Shown in pieces: positions 10,049 through 19,125 of a stretch of 64,000 bases of DNA; position 1 is the first letter of the stretch; the number at the start of each line of letters is the position of its first letter. The stretch covers positions 32,001-96,000 of the forward strand of contig JBAXWY010000001.1 in the NCBI GenBank assembly GCA_037128175.1. Reading direction: 5' to 3'. The stretch is from Methanothrix sp. (GTDB lineage: Archaea > Halobacteriota > Methanosarcinia > Methanotrichales > Methanotrichaceae). The position numbers and the translations under genes were made by a program. The notes under the pieces are model-generated. The model ran no database searches. It was not told the origin of the DNA and worked only from the letters and a program-made list of their open reading frames with translations.

Positions 10049-11197
10049 TCAAGCCGTCGCCGTCGCATTAGTCGCATCTGCCTTGCCTAGTGCCACCTGG
10101 TTGTACAGATAATTCTCATAGGAGTACAGCCGGGCATCGTATCCCTGGAGAGTCAGGGCAAACCAGACCACCGATCCCTTCAAGCCGGTATTGGTGTAAA
10201 CTACCACAGGCCGATTCCTGTCGAGAAAGGCAAAGACTCGGGCAAGCTTGGTTTCATCCCTGATTTTGCTATTGATGATTACATTATCGTAGGGAATGTT
10301 GATTGCACCGGGAATGGAGCCCGCGCCGAACTCCTGCATGGTTCTTGCATCCACGATCTGGGCCGAGCCGCTCATCACATAATTGTAATCGGCTGAAAAA
10401 TTCCAAATGATTTGTGGTGTGTAGGTTTTGGCGGGCATGATCGCCGTCTCTGCGGCCGTCGGCTTTCCGGCTAGAGCCCAATCCTTGACAGTTCCATCCA
10501 GCACTCTGACATTCTCCTGGCCCAGGGACCTCATGATCCAGTAGACAAAGGTCGCGGGCGCGGGTCCTCCTCCACAGGGCATGCATTCGCCGTAGATGAC
10601 CAGCGGGTCACCCTGGGAAATTCCGGCATCTCCCAACATCTTTGCCAGCTCGGCCTCTGATCGCACATTTGTGCCGTTGAGAAAATTCGTATAAGGAATG
10701 GCAATCGATCCCGTGATGTGTTTTGTGGCGTTCTCGCTGATGTCTAGCAATACCTGGGAGCCAGTGACCTCGTCAATAGGAGCGAGCAATCCCTTGGCAT
10801 CTGCGCTGCGTACAATGGACATGTTCTCCTCCGCGATTTTGCGCGGCTCGGTCTTCTTTGCCAGGCTTTCGGTGGTGTTGTTCACCGGGACATTTTCCTG
10901 CAGCGAATTGCTCTCTTCGCTGGCATCTGTTTTATTGAAGCCGGCTAAGGGCTGTTTCCAGATTCCCACCCGGTTCTTCTGAGCCGTGCTCAGGCCAGGC
11001 ATGACCTCCACCTTTCCTGCATTGGGATTTCCGATCTCATCGAGTTTTTTCATTGGGTCCCAGCCTGAATCGCCCTTGCAGGCATCGCAATAGGCTTCGC
11101 CCCCGTATGCTGCATTTGCCAGCACCAATAACGCTAGCAGCGCTAAGATGCCCACACCCACTAAACAGGATCCCAAACATGATCTGAATGTTGTCAT
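10049..11197 (-). CDS. Secreted tandem-rhodanese (sulfurtransferase-like) protein
   Basis: Signal peptide; HITGSIAIP, VLDG, IVDART and SIPGAINIP motifs; paralogue of the downstream gene. Confidence 0.85.
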   Translation of the reverse strand: MTTFRSCLGSCLVGVGILALLALLVLANAAYGGEAYCDACKGDSGWDPMKKLDEIGNPNAGKVEVMPGLSTAQKNRVGIWKQPLAGFNKTDASEESNSLQENVPVNNTTESLAKKTEPRKIAEENMSIVRSADAKGLLAPIDEVTGSQVLLDISENATKHITGSIAIPYTNFLNGTNVRSEAELAKMLGDAGISQGDPLVIYGECMPCGGGPAPATFVYWIMRSLGQENVRVLDGTVKDWALAGKPTAAETAIMPAKTYTPQIIWNFSADYNYVMSGSAQIVDARTMQEFGAGSIPGAINIPYDNVIINSKIRDETKLARVFAFLDRNRPVVVYTNTGLKGSVVWFALTLQGYDARLYSYENYLYNQVALGKADATNATATA

Positions 11198-11242
11198 TGT
11201 CTCCCCTTTTTAATACACATAATATAAATCATAAAATACAAC

Positions 11243-12694
11243 TTATGAAGAGGTAAAGCCGCGTCTTGCGGTAACCTCGACCTCGCCCAAAGTCTCTTGC
11301 AACTCATATCCTCGCGCATCTTTTGCACTAAGGACAATATCGTACCTTCCCGGTTCCAGCAGAGCTGTGGAGAAGTCCCCCTGATAGAAATCTCCGGACA
11401 AAACCAGTCTGCTGTAGCCTTGCGCTTCCAATCCATCTTGATAAGCGCGAGCGGTTACCTGCAAGAGATCGTACCTGGACTTCAGCTTTGCCTTGATGGC
11501 GATCGCGTCACCCACTCTTGCTTTCCCAGGAGTCATCTCTTTGGCAAGGATGGAAATCTGCTTGACCTGTTCGCCCATAATGGGATACTGATCTATTCCA
11601 GTCTCGCTTATCCTGTAAGGCACATCCCCAAAGCCGTCCTTGCCGGGGGCTTCTTGCCCGGGTCCTTGCATCGCATCCAGGCCACTGTAGTCGCTCCAGA
11701 GGTTTCCGCCCTTAGGATATTTTGCGTTCCAGCGGTTTATTCCTCGATCGTCGGCTTGAATGACATTGTCAGCTATGCGGTTGCCGTAGATTTCATTTTG
11801 GCTCGACTCCAGGAATATTCCCGTCTGGCTGTCGGAGATGTTGTTATAAATGATGGTATTGCCATCCGAGCGGCTCTGTATCTGTAATCCATAGCGTCCG
11901 TTGCCTCGTATAACGTTTCCGCTAATGGTGTTTTGACCTGAATCTTCCATAAGGGTCAGTCCGGCCACCACGTTATCCTCCATGGTGTTGTTGATGACGA
12001 GATTATCCGTGCAGTTGATGCGCAGATCCAGACCGGAGTTGGTATTCCTGGACAGGTCGTTCTTTTCGATGAGATTGTCGGCGCAATCGGTGAACATGTA
12101 AAGGCCGTACATATTCCCTTGCAGCACGTTTCCACTTATGGTATTATTGCTGCAGGAAGGAAAGAGATTGATGCCGTAAGCGCCATTGCCGTAGGCCACA
12201 TTGTTCGTGATGAGGTTGTCGTTGGAGTTGGATAGGTATATTCCATACCAGCCCTCTCCCACTATGCCGTTAAAGCTGGCATTGTTCCCGGTGATGGTAT
12301 TTCCGTCGGAAAAGATGAGAGCAATGCCGGGCTGAGTACAGTAGATTACGGTGTTGTTGGAAACATTGCAGCCCGACACACTGTTGAGCTTTATTCCATA
12401 AAAACCGTCTCTGACCGTAAAGCCGCTGATGCCCACGTTGTCCGCATCTATGTTTACGCAGGCGTCTCTATTTCCGGCCCGGATTACCGCACCATTGCCC
12501 ACCAGATCCAGGCTCTTTTGTATGGTTATTTTGTCGTAGACTCCCTTAGCTACCTGCAGGGTATCTCCGGGAGAGGCAGCATCAATCGCAGCTTGCAGAT
12601 TCGAGCTTACCGGTATCGTGGCACCGTTCGCGAAGGAAGAAATCAGCAAGGCTGCCGACATGATGCAAAAGGCGATAGATCTCAAGCAACCCAC
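11243..12694 (-). CDS. Secreted NosD/CASH parallel beta-helix protein with C-terminal Ig-like module
   Basis: Signal peptide; LQAAIDAASPGD, repeated GIxL..S..N.I..N units, GGNLWSDY and GDVPY motifs. Confidence 0.88.
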   Translation of the reverse strand: MGCLRSIAFCIMSAALLISSFANGATIPVSSNLQAAIDAASPGDTLQVAKGVYDKITIQKSLDLVGNGAVIRAGNRDACVNIDADNVGISGFTVRDGFYGIKLNSVSGCNVSNNTVIYCTQPGIALIFSDGNTITGNNASFNGIVGEGWYGIYLSNSNDNLITNNVAYGNGAYGINLFPSCSNNTISGNVLQGNMYGLYMFTDCADNLIEKNDLSRNTNSGLDLRINCTDNLVINNTMEDNVVAGLTLMEDSGQNTISGNVIRGNGRYGLQIQSRSDGNTIIYNNISDSQTGIFLESSQNEIYGNRIADNVIQADDRGINRWNAKYPKGGNLWSDYSGLDAMQGPGQEAPGKDGFGDVPYRISETGIDQYPIMGEQVKQISILAKEMTPGKARVGDAIAIKAKLKSRYDLLQVTARAYQDGLEAQGYSRLVLSGDFYQGDFSTALLEPGRYDIVLSAKDARGYELQETLGEVEVTARRGFTSS

Positions 12695-12862
12695 CTTCCT
12701 CAGAAGCGATCGTGAGGTTAATAAAGCTTACGTTGCGGATTTTTCATCCGCAAGTTGAAGGACAAACACATCAGCGCCCAGCGTTCATATGAGGAATGAG
12801 TGGTTTTTTGCAGCTCATAATATAATTCACCTTGCATACCGTTCCAATCCTCGTAATTCCCC

Positions 12863-13234
12863 TTACTCCATCTCTCCTTCTTCCACCGCCTCGCGTGGCG
12901 CGAGCAAGAGCTCATTGAAGAGCAGGATCTCAATCACCTGGGCCACATAGCGCCTCTGCTGATACCTCTGGATATCCTGGGTCATCATCAGCTCCGCCTC
13001 CACCTGCACCCGGATCAGGCAGAGCCTCATGTCCCTCTGGTCCTCCTCCTGGATGCAGAGGTTGAAGATGTCCTTGAGCAGCCATGGCAGCCTCATGGGA
13101 TTTCTTAGAGCCCTGGCCACGAGCAGGATGTAGCTCTTGATCAGATGGGGCTCTTTGATCTCATCCACTCCGGAAAGCAGCAGCAGATCTTGGGCGGAGA
13201 AATTCTCGCCGTTTACAGTTATGGTGTTATTCAA
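12863..13234 (-). CDS. Hypothetical protein at the end of the cob operon
   Basis: Coupled to cobY by a 4-bp overlap; coding-like composition. Confidence 0.7.
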   Translation of the reverse strand: MNNTITVNGENFSAQDLLLLSGVDEIKEPHLIKSYILLVARALRNPMRLPWLLKDIFNLCIQEEDQRDMRLCLIRVQVEAELMMTQDIQRYQQRRYVAQVIEILLFNELLLAPREAVEEGEME

Positions 13235-13833
13235 AGGAAATCACCTTGCATTATCTTCTCACAGAGCATGAGGTCCCCCGCCACATTTACATTCACCGCC
13301 AGCTCAATTCTCTCCAATATCAGGTGAAAGTCCTCCTGCTCTTTTTCTATATCGACTCCGTCCAGCACATTTATGCCTGCCGGAACGATGAGACGGCCCT
13401 GGTAGTTGAAGAGGGAATCGGGCCTTCTGCCCAGACGGCTGTGCAGATCGAGGGGGGTATGAGTGGAGAGCGCCGGCTCGGGCCGCCCTTCATAAACCTC
13501 GATGATCTCATCGATCAGATCCGAAGTGACCAGGGGCAGGTCGGCCATGATGATCATAATTGGGTCTGTAACCTCTGCTTTCTTCACGGCCTCAATCATG
13601 TCCGCCACATAGCCATAGCCACCCGTCTCCATCACACAAAGCCCCCTCTCTGTAGCCCATTTTTGGGTGCGGGGCACATTGTCCGTGGTGGCCACAAAGA
13701 TCCTATCCACACCGCTGTCCTCCAAAGCCAGAGCCACATAGTCGATGAGCGGCCTGCCAAAGAGGGTCACCAGCGGCTTTTCCCCCATATTCAGCCGCGA
13801 GCCCCGGCCCCCCGCCATCACCAGAGCGTCCAG
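13231..13833 (-). CDS. cobY: Adenosylcobinamide-phosphate guanylyltransferase (probable CTG start)
   Basis: (M)DALVMAGGRGSRL..EKPL nucleotidyltransferase start, ADLP motif, adjacent to cobS. Confidence 0.88.
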   Translation of the reverse strand: MDALVMAGGRGSRLNMGEKPLVTLFGRPLIDYVALALEDSGVDRIFVATTDNVPRTQKWATERGLCVMETGGYGYVADMIEAVKKAEVTDPIMIIMADLPLVTSDLIDEIIEVYEGRPEPALSTHTPLDLHSRLGRRPDSLFNYQGRLIVPAGINVLDGVDIEKEQEDFHLILERIELAVNVNVAGDLMLCEKIMQGDFL

Positions 13834-14582
13834 GGAAGAACACCCCCTAAAGTCAGAGCCACCGCCAGGGCCACCACTCTTGCCACCTCATTGGTTGCAC
13901 CGATTCCGTCCCCGGTGGCCCCTCCAAAGTTCCTCTTGGCCACAAGAACCATGTATTGGGCGGCCACCTGAGCCGCGGCCAGAGCGGCCAGTCCCAGGGG
14001 ACCCAAGGCCGCCGCGCACAAGAGCGCGGATATGACTAGCCCCTGGAGAAACTGCCGCGACCCAGTTCGCTCAATCATGATCTGGCCAAAGCCCTTCTGC
14101 AGGGAAGTGGAGAAGGCGGCAAAGCAGATCATGGCCTCTTTGGCGGAGACTTCCGCGACCAACAGAGCCAGGGGCAGAAGAGTGCGGGGTATGTCGGATA
14201 CAGTCGCGAAAGCGGAAAGCAAGATTATGGCCATAAAAACAGCGCCTCCTGTTCCCAGGGAGACATCCTTCATGGCTGCGACTTTTTTCTCACGAGTGCC
14301 GTGGGCAATCACCCCATCCCCGAAGTCGGCCAGCCCGTCGATATGATTTATGCCGCAGAGCTTATAGAATGCAACTATCACCACAATGGCCACCAGATTA
14401 GCGGGCAGCGCATGCCCCGCCATATAGGCCACGCCGCCCAAAATCGCACCCAAGGCCAGGCCCACCATCGGAAATACGTAAACATGTCTCATCAGGGCCT
14501 CGATGCCCTCCATGGAGATACCTACCGGTATGGTAGACAGCCAGCCAAATCCGGAACGGAGAGCAAAGAGCAGCTCCTTCAA
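13818..14582 (-). CDS. cobS: Adenosylcobinamide-GDP ribazoletransferase
   Basis: HIDGLADFGDG, MKD..GTGG and FGGATGDGIGA motifs. Confidence 0.95.
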   Translation of the reverse strand: MKELLFALRSGFGWLSTIPVGISMEGIEALMRHVYVFPMVGLALGAILGGVAYMAGHALPANLVAIVVIVAFYKLCGINHIDGLADFGDGVIAHGTREKKVAAMKDVSLGTGGAVFMAIILLSAFATVSDIPRTLLPLALLVAEVSAKEAMICFAAFSTSLQKGFGQIMIERTGSRQFLQGLVISALLCAAALGPLGLAALAAAQVAAQYMVLVAKRNFGGATGDGIGATNEVARVVALAVALTLGGVLPWTLW

Positions 14583-15058
14583 TGCAAACTCCCTTCGGAC
14601 AGAGCCGCCCGAGTATACATATTGGCGGACACGCCCCCGATGAGCCCGGCCACCACATCATCCATGAAGGGACCCAGGCGGGAGAGGATGCCCGGCTTGG
14701 CCTTGTCGTAGCGAACGTAATCGAAAAGCCCTTTGTAGCCGCCCACATACTTGGCAATGGCAAGACCCAAGACTTCATCCGCGATAAGGCAGGTCAGATC
14801 GTTCTCATAGTCGGCTGGCCGAAGGTTGGGAAGGTTGCATCTCTCTCCCTCCGACTCCAGCAGGACTCCGGCATAAATAAGAAGCGCCAGATTGGGATCT
14901 GATAAAGCGAGAGCCATCTCCTGCAAAAACACAGCCTCTGCCTTCTCGCGCGTCTCCACACCCGGATGGGGGAAGTAAAGCTGCATTGCCGCGGATACGA
15001 TCTCGTCTTCGTTTATTCCCATGCTCTTCAACACATCTCTGATATCTCTCATGGTCAT
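14579..15058 (-). CDS. cobZ: Alpha-ribazole phosphatase CobZ (PgpA-like)
   Basis: LIADEVLG, RYDKAKPGIL and GPFMDDVVAG motifs; cob operon context. Confidence 0.85.
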   Translation of the reverse strand: MTMRDIRDVLKSMGINEDEIVSAAMQLYFPHPGVETREKAEAVFLQEMALALSDPNLALLIYAGVLLESEGERCNLPNLRPADYENDLTCLIADEVLGLAIAKYVGGYKGLFDYVRYDKAKPGILSRLGPFMDDVVAGLIGGVSANMYTRAALSEGSLH

Positions 15059-15154
15059 GGTAAGACCTGCTTAGCCGGGGTAGGATAAAAAAATATCTGG
15101 TTAAATCGCGAAGTTATTTAAGGTCTGATTGTCTGATATATATAGGGGAACTCT

Positions 15155-15481
15155 ATGAAGACGATGGTCAAGATTTTCGTGGATCACGAGCATCTGGTTC
15201 GAGTCATAAATACCTTAACGGAGCTGGGCATCACCGGATTTTACCTCGTGGAGTATCAAGGAATGGCACCGAAAACATGGAATACCTTCCGGCTAAGCGA
15301 GAACCTTGATATGGCCTTGAAAGCGATCCGGGACCACTCTGAGCCGGGAGTCATGGTTAACACCGTCGTCGGCTCAGATAAGTGCGAAAAGATCATAAAG
15401 CAGCTCGAGGAAGCTTTAAAAGGGATAAGGTACACGATCATTGGGCACAAAGTTACATCTATAAAGGTGAAAGGGGACTGA
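15155..15481 (+). CDS. MJ1244-like methanogen protein (PII-like fold)
   Basis: GITGFYLVEYQGMAP..W..F motif. Confidence 0.65.
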   Translation: MKTMVKIFVDHEHLVRVINTLTELGITGFYLVEYQGMAPKTWNTFRLSENLDMALKAIRDHSEPGVMVNTVVGSDKCEKIIKQLEEALKGIRYTIIGHKVTSIKVKGD

Positions 15482-15488
15482 AATATTC

Positions 15489-15716
15489 ATGGAAAACCTC
15501 AAGGATGACGTCGAGCTCGCTCTGGAAAAGATCAGGGAAGGCCTTCGCGTAGATGGTGGAGATGTCGAGCTCGTCGATATAGTGGATGGAATTGTCAAGG
15601 TAAAGCTGCAAGGGCACTGCGCAGGCTGTCCCTTCTCGCAGATGACGCTTAAAAATTTCATCGAGAAAGAACTCATGAAGAGTGTAACGGGCGTAAAAGG
15701 CGTGATTTCCGCCTGA
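15489..15716 (+). CDS. NifU C-terminal/Nfu Fe-S carrier
   Basis: DGGDVELV..LQGHCAGCP motif. Confidence 0.92.
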   Translation: MENLKDDVELALEKIREGLRVDGGDVELVDIVDGIVKVKLQGHCAGCPFSQMTLKNFIEKELMKSVTGVKGVISA

Positions 15717-15780
15717 GGATTGCGCTCAATTTCAGTCGCGCAAATTGATCAATCATTCAAATTACTAAGGAGTCTGGTTT

Positions 15781-16005
15781 ATGTTCCCAACTAAAAAAGT
15801 ACAGAGTCTGGTAGGCAGTAAGATTCAGGTGGAGATGAAGGGCTCACCTCGCTATGTTTTAGAAGGAGTTCTTAACAGTGTGGATGAATACTTGAACCTT
15901 CACCTTCAGGAGACCGTGGAGCTGATCGGCGGCGAGAAGACTCGCTCTTTAGGATCGGTTATCCTGCGTGGCAACAACATTATTCTCATAAGTCCAATTG
16001 AATGA
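15781..16005 (+). CDS. Sm-like archaeal protein (Lsm/SmAP)
   Basis: Sm1 G.L..VDEYLNLHL and Sm2 ILRGNNI motifs. Confidence 0.92.
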   Translation: MFPTKKVQSLVGSKIQVEMKGSPRYVLEGVLNSVDEYLNLHLQETVELIGGEKTRSLGSVILRGNNIILISPIE

Positions 16006-16026
16006 AGATGACTAGAGAGGTCGGAA

Positions 16027-16392
16027 ATGTCTGCTGAGGAGGCGCTGGAGTATATAAAGTCGCGTCCTGAAGGAGCCTTGCAGAGTGATCTATGGAAGGT
16101 TTTGAAGATCGATTCTCGAAAATGCTCCCGTATTGTGGCTAAGCTCCTCAAAGATAATCTCATCACCAGAGAGGTGGAGTCGGCAGAAGGCATCAGAACC
16201 TATCGACTCAGTTGCACTATAAAGCCTCGGGGCAGGCGTTTCGATCCACTGCTGGCTCTTGATGCTTTCGAGCCCTGCGCGGGCTGCATCGAGGAGTGCA
16301 TTCCTGAGCATTGCGCCAAGCTCAGTGAGTGGATATTCTCGATCGTGATGGGTGTTGAGGGCGAAGTGGCTGTAGAGAAGGTCAGATTGTAG
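16027..16392 (+). CDS. Rpc34/TFEbeta-like winged-helix protein with C-terminal Fe-S motif
   Basis: G.LQSDLWK..IDSRKCSRIV winged helix; PCAGC...CIPEHCAKLSEW Cys cluster. Confidence 0.75.
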   Translation: MSAEEALEYIKSRPEGALQSDLWKVLKIDSRKCSRIVAKLLKDNLITREVESAEGIRTYRLSCTIKPRGRRFDPLLALDAFEPCAGCIEECIPEHCAKLSEWIFSIVMGVEGEVAVEKVRL

Positions 16393-16435
16393 AAAAATGG
16401 CAAGAGCTCTGGCTCTTTGTTATCTTATTTTATCA

Positions 16436-17323
16436 TCACAAGCACATTTTGCGGTACATCATGGCATGTAGCATTGGAATTTTCAGGGCCTTTGCGAGAG
16501 CTGCCAGCTCTTGGGAGCTGGGCATTTGCGCGCGAGCCGGCGGCACGCTCTTTCCACCTTTCGCATAAACGGCCCCGCCTCTCATGCGAGCGCAGATGAA
16601 GCTTCCTGCATCACCCTCCACCAAGATCTCGCCGCCTCGCATCTCTGCGCCCGTGAAGTCACCGGCTCTGCCCCTTACCACAATTCTGCCTCCCTGCATG
16701 AGCGCGCCCGTGTTGGGACCGGCATCGCCCAAAACCTCAATTAGGCCGGCATGCATGAGTATGCCGGTACTCATTCCCGCATCGCCTTGCAGGAGGACGG
16801 TTTTATCAGTGGGATTTCTAGCTCCCAAGGTATCCCTTAAAATGCCGTCGCTGATGGTCAGGCCATTTTTATCGGCAGTGTTCGGCTCCAGGACGGGCAG
16901 GCTTTTTTCCAACGTTTCTGTGACCGAGACGAACTTTCTGTAGCCATTGAGATCGCTGTGTACCTGCACAACGTTTCCCAGTGGGGATTTTATCTCACCG
17001 GAGACATAGATGGCACCGCGTTGCATGGAGATTCCCATGTGGCTGCCCACATTGCCATCCACGATTATCTTGCCCGTTGCCTCAATGGGCCCGCCTTTCC
17101 CCCCCAGCCGCAGCAGATCCACACCCAGACTTGAGCCCAGTCGGCTGCCCGCGTCCCCCAAGATCTCGACCGTTTCGCCCCTGGTAAGGGCCTGAACCAT
17201 TTCGCGAAAGCTGACACCGCTCACGGTTTGATCCATGTCGAGTCTTCTGCCCTGATGCTGCCAGAAAAAATCAAAGGTAAAATCGCAAAGACATCTCTCG
17301 CCCGACGCCTGAATTCGCAGCAT
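16436..17323 (-). CDS. FwdC/GltB-type GXGXG beta-helix protein (duplicated domain)
   Basis: Repeated G.AG..G..M.GG.I.V.G units. Confidence 0.8.
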   Translation of the reverse strand: MLRIQASGERCLCDFTFDFFWQHQGRRLDMDQTVSGVSFREMVQALTRGETVEILGDAGSRLGSSLGVDLLRLGGKGGPIEATGKIIVDGNVGSHMGISMQRGAIYVSGEIKSPLGNVVQVHSDLNGYRKFVSVTETLEKSLPVLEPNTADKNGLTISDGILRDTLGARNPTDKTVLLQGDAGMSTGILMHAGLIEVLGDAGPNTGALMQGGRIVVRGRAGDFTGAEMRGGEILVEGDAGSFICARMRGGAVYAKGGKSVPPARAQMPSSQELAALAKALKIPMLHAMMYRKMCL

Positions 17324-17345
17324 TGCCCATCACCTTTTTTAACGA

Positions 17346-18449
17346 TTACTTGGCAGGCTGCACCGGCCCCTCTCCGGCTATACGCTTGGAGACATTGACC
17401 CCTACCACGGTTATGAGGATGGCAACTATCGCCGATATGGCCAGATACTGCACCGATTCCACCATACCGATGCCGAACTTCAGGTCGGCATTGCTGGCTA
17501 GGATGAAGCCGGTTGCAGACCAGATGATAAGACCCGTTGCCAGCAAGAAAAAGAGATAGGAGATGGTGCGAGCATCTCTTATGCCCTCCAGATACATGTC
17601 CATGATCTTGCCCAGATCCACACACAGAGCCGCGACAACATACCACCAGATGCTCTGGTTAAGATAGATCATTACCAGAATGAAGAATCCGGGTGATATG
17701 GGTTCATGGTAGTACTGCCAGGAATAGGCGAATCCTCTCACCGTGGCAATGATTACCAGCATGGCCGCCAAAATGTAAGTTATGAATGCGATCTTGCCTG
17801 CATAAAGGGATTTTCTTAAAGTCTGCTTGGCTTCTTCCATGGAGTCGTCCAGCCCCAGGCCCCTAAATAAAAGATAAAGGCCCACTGCTCCGGTGATAGC
17901 CACCACAGCGCCGTTGGGGTAGCCCAAGAGGCTGAAGATGGCAAACATGAGCAGAGCTAAAGCGGGTGGAACGAAGAAGGTGTGGCTGATCTTGGGATCG
18001 TTAAAGACCTGCTTAAGAAGATAGTAAGTGCTCTCCAGGTTGGGACTTTGTTTGATGAGAACCCTGCGTACCCCGTTCACCTTGACGCGAGAATGGATAA
18101 TAGGCAGTATGGCCTCGTCCTCGGCTCCATCTGAGACTACGATTACTCCGTCGGGATGCAGGCTCTCCAGTAACATTTCCAACTGCGCGGCAAGCTTGCT
18201 GTCGGAGACCAGTCCTACCTTCAGGTCGCCGGCCAGGGAGGCGATTTCCACGGTTTTACCGGAAAGGGCCAGCTCATCCAGGACCTTTATGCCTCCGAAG
18301 ATAGTATTGACATCTGAATCCTCCGGGTCGGCCATGCCAAGCTTTAGAGCGGCATCGATATTGGCCTGCCTGCCCACAACCGGACTTATGACTCCACCCT
18401 TGCGGCCCAAATCATTGTCGCGGTCAATACAGAGCACCAGGACATCCAT
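17346..18449 (-). CDS. DUF373 family membrane protein
   Basis: LVLCIDRDNDLG, DPEDSDVN and VSDGAEDE motifs; C-terminal TM helices. Confidence 0.9.
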   Translation of the reverse strand: MDVLVLCIDRDNDLGRKGGVISPVVGRQANIDAALKLGMADPEDSDVNTIFGGIKVLDELALSGKTVEIASLAGDLKVGLVSDSKLAAQLEMLLESLHPDGVIVVSDGAEDEAILPIIHSRVKVNGVRRVLIKQSPNLESTYYLLKQVFNDPKISHTFFVPPALALLMFAIFSLLGYPNGAVVAITGAVGLYLLFRGLGLDDSMEEAKQTLRKSLYAGKIAFITYILAAMLVIIATVRGFAYSWQYYHEPISPGFFILVMIYLNQSIWWYVVAALCVDLGKIMDMYLEGIRDARTISYLFFLLATGLIIWSATGFILASNADLKFGIGMVESVQYLAISAIVAILITVVGVNVSKRIAGEGPVQPAK

Positions 18450-18528
18450 AGTTTACTATTTGAAAAGATTGTACTTAAAGGATTCTGTGGTGATAAGATA
18501 TTTATCTAATCAAGGGTGAGCACATGCT

Positions 18529-19011
18529 ATGCAGATGCCCGTTCGAAGACACACGATCCTCTCTCTAGCAGTTTTGTTGATGCTCTTAATCTCTTTTACG
18601 GATGCGTTTTCATTTGATATGCCCACCACACAAAAATATATCAATACATATAATAACCAGATAAATAATGTTCCTACGGTCATCAAGAGCATGCTTGGCA
18701 GCGAGAAGATCAACATGATCATAACCAGAGAAAATGGTAGCGTATTTCGCGTGGGTATGGATATGGTGAGCGCAAGGATCGAGAGAACCATTGAGGGGGG
18801 CTTTAGCGATCCTACTATCATAGTAACCACCACACAAAGCGCCTTAAACGAGGTTGGAAAATCGAAGGATCGAATAGCCGCTTTTAAGACACAGACGGAT
18901 GCCGGCCAGATTCGCTTCGAGGGGAAAAGCTGGTTGGCAGATGCCAAGATAAAGGCCGTTCTCTCCAGCACCAGTTTTCTTCAGTTCGGCTATAGTCTCT
19001 TCTTCGGCTAG
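18529..19011 (+). CDS. Secreted hypothetical protein (possible SCP2-like fold)
   Basis: Signal peptide; P.VIKSMLGSEKIN and DPTIIV motifs. Confidence 0.65.
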   Translation: MQMPVRRHTILSLAVLLMLLISFTDAFSFDMPTTQKYINTYNNQINNVPTVIKSMLGSEKINMIITRENGSVFRVGMDMVSARIERTIEGGFSDPTIIVTTTQSALNEVGKSKDRIAAFKTQTDAGQIRFEGKSWLADAKIKAVLSSTSFLQFGYSLFFG

Positions 19012-19035
19012 CGATCAAGTCGATATTTTCTAGAG

Positions 19036-19090
19036 GTACGATCCATCCCCGCCTAAAAGGACGGGGATTTCTCGATCCCTGTGCCCAACA
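19036..19090. mobile_element. Solo IS200/IS605-type terminal hairpin (element remnant)
   Basis: ATCCCCG-CCTAAAAGG-A-CGGGGAT imperfect hairpin resembling IS200/IS605 ends; no tnpA or tnpB nearby. Confidence 0.55.
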
Positions 19091-19125
19091 AGTTAAAGTC
19101 TTCAACACTCCATATTTTATTTGCA

